Shown in pieces: positions 46,274-54,424 of a DNA stretch of 64,000 bases. The DNA is from an uncultured Erysipelotrichaceae bacterium (lineage in GTDB: Bacteria; Bacillota_I; Bacilli_A; RF39; UBA660): NCBI GenBank assembly GCA_902794075.1, contig CADBGE010000001.1, forward strand, positions 8,437-72,436. Direction: 5' to 3'. Numbering within the stretch: position 1 is the first letter of the stretch; each line of letters opens with the position of its first letter. Position numbers and translations under genes: made by a program. The notes under the pieces were generated by a model, which saw only the letters and a list, made by a program, of their open reading frames with translations, did no database searches and had not been told where the DNA came from.

Positions 46274-46936
46274 TTATATATACAAACCGTTGTTTTTTAT
46301 ATACGTATGAACTTGTACAGCTTCATGCTCTGTTTGATCATCCCATTGAGCATTGTTGTATCTATCAAGAATTGGCTGAAGTTTAATTTCACGCGTATCA
46401 TTTATATCAACATCAGATTTAGGCACATACAATTTTTTCATGAGAAAATTCATGATCTCACTTCTATGCAATGTGTTAAATACCTTCATAATGTCCTGTG
46501 CAAGAATGTCATAAAGAAATTCTATTTCAGGATGATGCATTGATTCACCAGTAACTGTGTTATGAAAAACAATATTAAAAGTAGTTTCCTTTGGCCAAAT
46601 GGTTTTAAAGATGAAAAGTTTATCGTACTTTCCTTTGCTCCATTCATTATTAAAAACATCAAATACTATAACATTTGTTCTTAGCCTGTTGAATTTATCT
46701 GTCATAACGACATTTGTATTCATCATCTGACAATCAGTTGCGTCATATTCACATACTCCATATCCATTAAATTTAATCAGATGCTTAAGTCGACCTGCTG
46801 AGATAATGTTATTGATGGAGTTAACTTCCTTCAGCTTAAGTACTGATGTTTCTACATAAGGATACATTTTCTTAAATGAATAATCAAATTTCTTTTCCAT
46901 AGTTTTTAATGTTAGTTTATTTAACGTTTGAATCAA
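46274..46936 (-). CDS. hypothetical protein
   Basis: 220-aa ORF. The alternative ATG at 46900 would remove the overlap with the upstream gene. Confidence 0.35.
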   Translation of the reverse strand: MIQTLNKLTLKTMEKKFDYSFKKMYPYVETSVLKLKEVNSINNIISAGRLKHLIKFNGYGVCEYDATDCQMMNTNVVMTDKFNRLRTNVIVFDVFNNEWSKGKYDKLFIFKTIWPKETTFNIVFHNTVTGESMHHPEIEFLYDILAQDIMKVFNTLHRSEIMNFLMKKLYVPKSDVDINDTREIKLQPILDRYNNAQWDDQTEHEAVQVHTYIKNNGLYI

Positions 46937-47192
46937 TTTCTTGGTATTCCATATAAATTTCTACGACATTCTTTACAAATGACTTTTGTTGTTCCTCTGT
47001 TAATGTCTCAAATTTTTGTTTCTGGCAGTTTTTTAGATGCATAAATTCAAAATTTGATGTATAATCTTCCATCTTGTCACTTATAAAATTTGCAGGACAA
47101 TCATTAAACATCTTTTCACAATTTTCACCAAAAATGCATTTATCACATTTTAGAAAACTATAATCTTTTTCCATTAATTGTTCGTCATTCAT
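46917..47192 (-). CDS. hypothetical Cys-containing small protein
   Basis: The ORF track start at 47198 is a TTG; the first ATG is at 47192. The region contains CDKCIFGENCEKMFNDC. Confidence 0.3.
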   Translation of the reverse strand: MNDEQLMEKDYSFLKCDKCIFGENCEKMFNDCPANFISDKMEDYTSNFEFMHLKNCQKQKFETLTEEQQKSFVKNVVEIYMEYQEIDSNVK

Positions 47193-47733
47193 AACCAAAT
47201 CTATTTTTCATTATATTAATAACAATGTCATTAAACTTATTATGATATTCTTTATTGAAGCATGATAAGATGTACTGAATGAATGTTTCATTGCTTATCT
47301 TATTATCATTTATGTTGTTTATCTTTTCATATATTTCTACAAAATCATTTAACTTATCATTAATTCCAATTTTCAATAGAAGTAGACTAGCATAATCATT
47401 TATTTGTTTCACAAAGTATTTCTCAAGCCTATTATCATTATAATTAATGTATTTATCAAAATCAATTTCTAATGTTTCGTATGTATCATCAGTATTTTCA
47501 ATGTCATATATGATCATGGACAATTTAATGTTCAATAAGTCAGACAAATTGTCACAATCATTATATATTTTATTTAATATTGGTTCTTTATGATTAGCTA
47601 TAATGTCTTCTAAAGTTGTCTCATTACTTTCAAATATTCTAAAAAGAATTGGTGTCTTATTTATGACAGCATCATTAATTAGAATATTAAATGAACAGAT
47701 CTTATTTTGTGAATTACTTGTCATTTTTGTCAT
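47185..47733 (-). CDS. hypothetical protein
   Basis: 182-aa ORF in the minus-strand operon. Confidence 0.3.
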   Translation of the reverse strand: MTKMTSNSQNKICSFNILINDAVINKTPILFRIFESNETTLEDIIANHKEPILNKIYNDCDNLSDLLNIKLSMIIYDIENTDDTYETLEIDFDKYINYNDNRLEKYFVKQINDYASLLLLKIGINDKLNDFVEIYEKINNINDNKISNETFIQYILSCFNKEYHNKFNDIVINIMKNRFGYE

Positions 47734-47971
47734 CCTTAATGATTTTATAAATAATTTCGTCGCATTTTAGTTTTTTGCCTAAGTACTCACAAACAAGAAC
47801 CCATACAATTAGATATCCAATTTCCCCAAAGATCAGGCCGAATGTAAGAACTAACTCATCATTTGAATTAATGATATATGGCACAACAACTTTCATTCCT
47901 ACTTGATACATTACGATTGACAGAATAACCATTACTGTAACAAGAATTGAGCAACGAATTGAGAGTTTCAT
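47714..47971 (-). CDS. small membrane protein (2-3 predicted TM helices)
   Basis: Start moved to the internal ATG at 47971 (MKLSIRCSILVTVMVILSIVMY...) because it carries the recurrent TAAGATTATG context. Hydrophobic segments throughout. Confidence 0.4.
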   Translation of the reverse strand: MKLSIRCSILVTVMVILSIVMYQVGMKVVVPYIINSNDELVLTFGLIFGEIGYLIVWVLVCEYLGKKLKCDEIIYKIIKDDKNDK

Positions 47972-48129
47972 AATCTTATATTTTTTAATTAATTGTAAAT
48001 ATAAAATAAAAATGTTCATATATAAATTCAAAAAATATTTTGAAAATATTATGTTAAAAAAATTTAAATTTTTATATGTAAGATAAATATTTTATAATTA
48101 TAAATTATTACTTTTTGTAAAGAATTATA

Positions 48130-49140
48130 ATGAAAGATTTGGTGATTGGTGACTGCCACTTTGGGATTAAGACTAATTCAATATTTTGGCTAAATAAACA
48201 AATTAAGTTCTTTGATGAGGTTGTTATAAAAACAATAAAAACAGAAAATATTGATAGAATAATTTTTTTAGGTGATTTAACTGATGTTCGATATTCAATA
48301 AATCAATATGTAGGTATAGAACTTAAAAGATTAGTTAATAGAATTGCAGATACTGGAAAACGGATTATCTTTGTAGCAGGAAATCATGATTATTATTCTC
48401 CTATTGAGGAGTATGTTGATTATAATAGTTATGAAATGCTGTTTGGAGATGAATTTATAAAACAGCATCCAAATGTAACATTTGTTACTAAGGATCCATT
48501 GCTTGAGGATGGCTCATTATTTCTTCCTTGGTATTGGACAGAGAATCCGGAACACTTTGATGATATGCTATATCGTTATAATATTAAGCATGATGTTGAT
48601 GCAATATACTGTCATGCTGATTTGACTTGTTGGCCTGGTCCTCGTATAGCAAGTATACACGGAAAACCTATATATTCAGGACACATACATTATATAGTAG
48701 ATGATCCTGTATGCAATCTTCATAATGTAGGAGCAGCATTTGCGTTTACATTTAATGATGTAAATCAGGATAGATTTATATATATAATGGAGGACAATAA
48801 GATTGTCAAAAAGATAAAGAATGAAATTTCTCCAAAGTTTGTTCGTATAGTAAATAAAGACATATTTAAAGATGACGATTCATTATATGATAACGCATAT
48901 GTTCAATTAATTGTGTCATCAAACAATATCAATAAATCTGAATATGTAGATAGAATAAAATTTCTTAAGAATAAATATGTTGATTCAAATGTAAGAGTTC
49001 ACATAATAGATTCAGAATATGAAATTGATAATGCAAATATAAAAGGAATTAATTCAAATATTGGAAAATATATAGAAGACAATATTCCAAAGAACTTAAA
49101 TGATAAGTATTTATATATAAAAGAAAAAATAAAGAATTAA
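48130..49140 (+). CDS. Mre11/SbcD-like recombination nuclease (T4 gp47-like)
   Basis: Calcineurin-like phosphoesterase motifs GDCHFG, FLGDLTD, VAGNHD, YCHAD and SGHIHY. The N-terminus parallels T4 gp47 (KILNLGDWHLGVK...GDIFDVR...VGNHD). Confidence 0.75.
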   Translation: MKDLVIGDCHFGIKTNSIFWLNKQIKFFDEVVIKTIKTENIDRIIFLGDLTDVRYSINQYVGIELKRLVNRIADTGKRIIFVAGNHDYYSPIEEYVDYNSYEMLFGDEFIKQHPNVTFVTKDPLLEDGSLFLPWYWTENPEHFDDMLYRYNIKHDVDAIYCHADLTCWPGPRIASIHGKPIYSGHIHYIVDDPVCNLHNVGAAFAFTFNDVNQDRFIYIMEDNKIVKKIKNEISPKFVRIVNKDIFKDDDSLYDNAYVQLIVSSNNINKSEYVDRIKFLKNKYVDSNVRVHIIDSEYEIDNANIKGINSNIGKYIEDNIPKNLNDKYLYIKEKIKN

Positions 49141-49146
49141 TAATAC

Positions 49147-49743
49147 ATGGCTAATTTAGAAATTGAGCTCCCTGATATTTCAAAACGTACATTATATATC
49201 ACAGATGTCATAGATAATGTTACTACACGTGAATTTACGGAAAAACTTAATGAAATAGACTTTGAGGATTATTACATGACAAAAAGTAATATATCTAAAA
49301 TAAGTTCATTAGGAATTGATGTAGATAATATACAGACTCCGCCAATAAAAGTTTTTCTAAATTCACCAGGTGGTTATATTTATGATGCACTGGCTATATA
49401 TGATATGGTTCATAAGAGAAACGACATAATATGCATGTGCTCAGGAAAAGTAATGAGTGCAGCAACATTCATATTATTAGGTTTTGATGAAGGACTTCGT
49501 TTTGCTACTGAGAACACTACATTTATGATCCATCAACCAAGTTCAATGACATTTGGAAGACTGAAGGATATGGAAGAAGATGTTGAGGAAACAAAGCGTC
49601 TACATAAGATTATAACGAACATATATCTTAAGAATAGTAAAATACCAAAAGATGTCCTTGATAAGATATATAAAGAAAAGAAAGATTATTACTTCACTGC
49701 AAAGGAAGCATTGAAGTGGGGAATGATTAAGAAAATAATTTAA
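49147..49743 (+). CDS. ClpP-family serine protease
   Basis: LNSPGGYIYDALAIYDMV, catalytic Ser context GKVMSAATFIL, His context FMIHQPS, and C-terminus FTAKEALKWGMIKKII, as in ClpP. Confidence 0.65.
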   Translation: MANLEIELPDISKRTLYITDVIDNVTTREFTEKLNEIDFEDYYMTKSNISKISSLGIDVDNIQTPPIKVFLNSPGGYIYDALAIYDMVHKRNDIICMCSGKVMSAATFILLGFDEGLRFATENTTFMIHQPSSMTFGRLKDMEEDVEETKRLHKIITNIYLKNSKIPKDVLDKIYKEKKDYYFTAKEALKWGMIKKII

Positions 49744-49746
49744 AAA

Positions 49747-50541
49747 TCAATCAAGATACAAAAATTCTTTAAGTGTCTTAATGAATTTTTCTTTATTTTC
49801 ACAAGGATAATTTGATGTTGATTTATTTACTCCCCAATTATATAATATGTAAAGAGTGTCTTCAGGCTTATTTTTTGGATAAAATTCAACCATCTCAACT
49901 TTTGGATAACCCTCCTTATTACAATATTTAGGATTTCTTATATAACCAGTATATATAATAAAATCATCTAAATTATATTTGACAAAATCAAACTGAAATT
50001 GATTAATTTCTGATTTTTCTAAAAAGTCGAATAATTTTTCTATTTCAGTTTGATTCATTTTTTTATTTTCTAAATAAAAATGTTTTGCATCTTCACTTTT
50101 ATAAAAACTGTCTATTATTCTTTTAGCTGAATAAATTTCATATCTATGCCATTCTAAACTCATGTCCAAAATAAGATTGTCATCTTCACATATGTTGATG
50201 TTTCTGCCTAAATCATTTTTTATTGATAATTCATGCTTGCCACATTTAATAGAACACAATATATCACCCTTCTTAAAGTCGTATCTAGTTTTTGATGTGT
50301 CACAATATGTTACGTTGTCAATAGAATCATGTATTAAGCCATTAAAAATATCAACCAATAAATCACAATCATATTCTGCTTCAAAATCATCTTCTTTTAT
50401 TCTTATAATATCATGAAGATTATCTTTAAAATCATCAGGCAATCCATTAAATTTATAATTTTTGTTTATGACAAGTTTTTCATTCACTTGTGATGGAATA
50501 ATGACAAGTTTTTCATTGATGTAATCTAGTAAAGAGATCAT
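49747..50541 (-). CDS. candidate capsid-targeted protein; N-terminal motif shared with ORF 10658..11026
   Basis: MISLLDYINEKLVIIPSQVNEKLVINKNYKF: a CTS-like start and a duplicated NEKLVI motif. The only minus-strand gene in this block. Confidence 0.3.
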   Translation of the reverse strand: MISLLDYINEKLVIIPSQVNEKLVINKNYKFNGLPDDFKDNLHDIIRIKEDDFEAEYDCDLLVDIFNGLIHDSIDNVTYCDTSKTRYDFKKGDILCSIKCGKHELSIKNDLGRNINICEDDNLILDMSLEWHRYEIYSAKRIIDSFYKSEDAKHFYLENKKMNQTEIEKLFDFLEKSEINQFQFDFVKYNLDDFIIYTGYIRNPKYCNKEGYPKVEMVEFYPKNKPEDTLYILYNWGVNKSTSNYPCENKEKFIKTLKEFLYLD

Positions 50542-50725
50542 AAATTATCTGTATTTTTTTATAATTAAAAATAAATTAAATTATTTTAACAAACATTAAT
50601 ATTTTATATTTATAAATATAGATGAAATGATATGAAAGTAACAGTTTGAGCATATTGTAGATTAGAAAATTTATATTTAAGATACTGTTCTGAAAATATC
50701 AAAGATAATAACATTAATATAATAT

Positions 50726-51730
50726 ATGACTAAAGAATATATACTGATAACAGGCGTTGCTGGATTATTGGGAAGTAGAATGGCAGATTGGATAATAGAA
50801 AACAAATCTGACCAATTTACAGTTGTAGGTATTGATAACTTATTTGGGGGATATATAGAAAATGTGCATCCTGATGTAATATTCTATAGAGAAGAATTGG
50901 CAACAGCAAATCTTAAACAAATATTTGATAAATATAATTTTAAGTATGTATTTCATTTTGCTGCTTATGCTGCTGAAGGATTAAGCCCATTTATGCGAAA
51001 GTTTAATTATTCAAACAACATTCTTTCAACTGTTAACATTGTTAATGAATGTATTATGCATGATGTGAAACGATTTGTATATACATCATCAATGGGAGTT
51101 TACGGTCATCCAGTAAACAATAATAGATTTGATGAAAAAGATGAATGTCACCCAATAGATCCGTATGGTGTTTCTAAATATGCATGTGAAATGGATATAC
51201 AAATTGCTGGAGAACAACATGGACTTGATTGGTGTATTATTCGTCCGCATAATGTTTATGGAGTAAAGCAAAACATCTGGGATAAGTATAGAAATGTACT
51301 TGGCATTTGGATGGTCAACATATTAAAGAATGAGCCAATGTCCATATATGGAGATGGTGAGCAACAAAGAGCATTTACGGAAATGAGTGACATATTAGTT
51401 CCTCTTTGGAATGCAGCAACATTTCCATCAGCATCAAAGCAGATTATTAACCTTGGAGGAATTAACGCATACACAATCAATGAAACTGCAAGAACATTAT
51501 GCAATATCACAGGTTATGATAATATTGAATATAAAGAACCAAGACATGAAGTAAAGTTAGCAATTCCAACATATCAGAAATCAATTGACATATTAGGATT
51601 TGAGCATAAAACAAATCTTAAAGAAGGATTAAAGAATATGTGGGAATGGGCAAAGAAACAACCAAAGCGCCCACAATATAAATGGGATAATTATGAAATC
51701 ACAAAAAATATATATAGTTATTGGAAATGA
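50726..51730 (+). CDS. NAD-dependent sugar-nucleotide epimerase/dehydratase (extended SDR)
   Basis: Rossmann motif ILITGVAGLLGSRM, catalytic YGVSKYACE (YxxxK), and TSSMGVYG. Confidence 0.75.
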   Translation: MTKEYILITGVAGLLGSRMADWIIENKSDQFTVVGIDNLFGGYIENVHPDVIFYREELATANLKQIFDKYNFKYVFHFAAYAAEGLSPFMRKFNYSNNILSTVNIVNECIMHDVKRFVYTSSMGVYGHPVNNNRFDEKDECHPIDPYGVSKYACEMDIQIAGEQHGLDWCIIRPHNVYGVKQNIWDKYRNVLGIWMVNILKNEPMSIYGDGEQQRAFTEMSDILVPLWNAATFPSASKQIINLGGINAYTINETARTLCNITGYDNIEYKEPRHEVKLAIPTYQKSIDILGFEHKTNLKEGLKNMWEWAKKQPKRPQYKWDNYEITKNIYSYWK

Positions 51731-52542
51731 AAATACCGTATACTGTAATAACAATGATATTTAATAACTATGAACCAATTAGAGATCCATTGGTAATAGA
51801 TAAAAACGCTGAATATATTTGTGTAACAGATGACAAAAATTTAAAATCAGATATTTGGAAAATTATATATGAACCTAAGTATGATACAACTGAATTAACC
51901 GGTGTCCAAAAAACATATATGACAAAATATTCAATATTTGATTATGTCTCTCCGGAATCAAAATATATAATTCAATTGGACAGTTCAATATTGATTAAAT
52001 CGTCATTAAATCCAATTATAAAATATTATTATGAAAATAACTATGATTTAGGCATGGCTATTCATCCAGAAAGAAATGATTTAATTGATGAATATCATAC
52101 GTGGGAACGTATTAGAGGATTAAATCATATTTTTTTAAATTTGTTTTTAGATTATGTTAAACTGCATCCTTATAAAGATTTTAAATTAGAAAAATCTGGA
52201 TTATTAGAATGGACTTTCAAAATATATAAAAATACATCTATAATGAGAAATTTTATAAATGATTTATATAATGCGTTAAAAGAACAATCTAATTTTAAAG
52301 ATTCAAATGATCAATGTATGGGAATGTATATCTTATATAAATACATAAATGAAATAAATCCAAAATTTTTTAGATGTAATTTATATATGGACGGATTATA
52401 TATGGAAAGATATGCACATAATTCATTAACACACATATTACAACATCATAGAAAAAATTATAAGTCTATTGAAGAATTTGAAAACGCTGAATTATACCAT
52501 GAACCAATTAAGTTAAAATCATTTAATGATATTTTATATTAA
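51727..52542 (+). CDS. DUF616/TOD1-like putative glycosyltransferase
   Basis: YICVTDDKN...DIWKIIYEP...VQKTYMTKYSIFDYV..SKYIIQLDSSILI resembles the DUF616 pattern. Start moved from the TTG at 51721 to the ATG at 51727, which overlaps the upstream TGA (ATGA). Confidence 0.35.
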   Translation: MKIPYTVITMIFNNYEPIRDPLVIDKNAEYICVTDDKNLKSDIWKIIYEPKYDTTELTGVQKTYMTKYSIFDYVSPESKYIIQLDSSILIKSSLNPIIKYYYENNYDLGMAIHPERNDLIDEYHTWERIRGLNHIFLNLFLDYVKLHPYKDFKLEKSGLLEWTFKIYKNTSIMRNFINDLYNALKEQSNFKDSNDQCMGMYILYKYINEINPKFFRCNLYMDGLYMERYAHNSLTHILQHHRKNYKSIEEFENAELYHEPIKLKSFNDILY

Positions 52543-52562
52543 ATTAATAAAAAATAATATTT

Positions 52563-53495
52563 ATGAAAATACTTATATTAATGATGAGTTGCCATACTGA
52601 TTTGTATGAAAATCAGGCAAAATATATGTATGAAGCATTATTATCAAGTATTAGTAAATTAAAACTTGAAGATATAATAACGTTAAAAGTTTACTATGGT
52701 AATAGTCAGAATGTATATGAAGACAATAACATTATTTATTTAAAATCTGGTGATAATTTTTCAAATACATATTATAAAACATTAGAGGCATTTGAATATG
52801 TTTCTAATAATTATGAATATGATTTTTTATTAAGAATAAATTGTTCTACATATATAAATATTCAATTATTATATAATATATGTAAATATCTTAAAGAAAA
52901 CAACATAACTGATGTTTCTTATACACATGAATTATTATATTTACCAAATTCCGTTTTTGCTCCAAATATTTATAATTTTCATTTAATTGGAAAAATGATG
53001 CTATTTTCTAAAGAGACTATAAATTTAATATTAGATAATAAATTCATATTTATGGATAATGATGAATACCCTAATGCCGGAATTCGTATAGAAAATGGTA
53101 AAAAAATTATTGCATATCAAGATGATATAGCTATATCAGCGGTTATTAATACATATAATTTAAATAACAATAATGATGCACATCCATATATGACAGCGTT
53201 TTTAAGTATACCGATGTTTAATGAAACATTTCATACATTTGAATATTGTAAGAATTTCTTATCAATTGTAGTTAAAGATTCTAATAATAAAAATGATCAA
53301 AAAATTAATCAAATACTTTCATTACAAAAAATGTTTAACGATAATGTTATACACGATGATGAAATTAAAAACATTTTAAAAATAAATATTAAATATTCTT
53401 GTAATCCTAAAGTATACATAGGTTTCTTTAACAATAAACATAATTATGTGTATAAAAACAAAATTATTAAATATATAAAAAGCAAAAACAAATGA
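52563..53495 (+). CDS. hypothetical protein, possibly Fringe/GT31-like glycosyltransferase fold
   Basis: KILILMMSCHT..., YKTLEAFEYV...YDFLLRINCSTYINIQLL and YQDDIAIS loosely recall GT31/Fringe-like blocks. No clear DxD motif. Confidence 0.25.
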   Translation: MKILILMMSCHTDLYENQAKYMYEALLSSISKLKLEDIITLKVYYGNSQNVYEDNNIIYLKSGDNFSNTYYKTLEAFEYVSNNYEYDFLLRINCSTYINIQLLYNICKYLKENNITDVSYTHELLYLPNSVFAPNIYNFHLIGKMMLFSKETINLILDNKFIFMDNDEYPNAGIRIENGKKIIAYQDDIAISAVINTYNLNNNNDAHPYMTAFLSIPMFNETFHTFEYCKNFLSIVVKDSNNKNDQKINQILSLQKMFNDNVIHDDEIKNILKINIKYSCNPKVYIGFFNNKHNYVYKNKIIKYIKSKNK

Positions 53496-54361
53496 AATAT
53501 ATTTCTTTATCTGATTTGTCTAATACAATAAGAAATAACTTACACAAAATTCCAAGAAATATTGATTGTATTATTGGTGTGCCAAGAAGCGGTATGATAG
53601 CTGCTTCATTAATAAGTAGTTATTTAAATGTGCCACTTATTGATGTTTATTCATTTTGCGCAGGGTTAAAACCAAGTGGAGGAGGAAGATTATTGTATTT
53701 TAATAAACAAAATAATGAAGCAACAAATAATGTATTAGTTATTGATGACACAGTAAATAATGGTGGAAGCATGAATAATGTAAAACAAATGCTTTCACAA
53801 AAATCAGATATAAATTTTATATACATGTGTGTATATTTAGAAGGGCGTGGAGAATCAAGTATAGATTTATATTTAGAAGATGTAAGACAATATACTGACA
53901 ATTTCACAATGCCTGTATTATATGAATGGAATATATTTCAACATTATCCGCATGTAATGTCAAAATGCATGTATGACATGGATGGAGTATTATGTATAGA
54001 TCCTCCTGATGAAAGAAATGAAACGGAATATATTGAATATATAAAAAATGCAAAACCATTATTTGTTCCAAGAACACCAATTGGAGCTATAATAACATAT
54101 AGATTACAAAAAAATGAAGAAATAACAAAACAGTGGTTAGCTAAATATAACATATTATATAATGCATTAAAAACATTTCCAGCAAACAGTTGGGAAGAAA
54201 GAAATGCTTCAGGAATTTCTCCAGAATTATTTAAAGGGACAATATATAAAAAATATGATTTTTTTAATTTGTTTGTTGAAAGTAATGATTATCAAGCACA
54301 ACAAATTGCAAAGATATCTGGAAAAAACGTTTATTGTGTAGAAACAAATAAAATGTATTAG
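53492..54361 (+). CDS. phosphoribosyltransferase (type I PRT) - HAD phosphatase fusion protein
   Basis: The N-terminal half has IIGVPRSGMIAASL and the PRPP-binding loop VLVIDDTVNNGGSM. The C-terminal half starts with HAD motif I, MYDMDGVLCIDPP (DxDGV), and has a later ESND acidic motif. ATGA-coupled to the upstream ORF. Confidence 0.6.
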   Translation: MKYISLSDLSNTIRNNLHKIPRNIDCIIGVPRSGMIAASLISSYLNVPLIDVYSFCAGLKPSGGGRLLYFNKQNNEATNNVLVIDDTVNNGGSMNNVKQMLSQKSDINFIYMCVYLEGRGESSIDLYLEDVRQYTDNFTMPVLYEWNIFQHYPHVMSKCMYDMDGVLCIDPPDERNETEYIEYIKNAKPLFVPRTPIGAIITYRLQKNEEITKQWLAKYNILYNALKTFPANSWEERNASGISPELFKGTIYKKYDFFNLFVESNDYQAQQIAKISGKNVYCVETNKMY

Positions 54362-54424
54362 AACATTATTTTTAATACTTATTAACAACTTTTATATATT
54401 AATATATAATAGAATATATAAGAT

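Noticed and set aside
49147-49743. Calling the ClpP-like gene the prohead maturation protease
   Set aside because: A T4-type portal and CTS-like N-termini predict a gp21-type protease, and this gene sits among recombination and sugar genes, not head genes. The role is left open.
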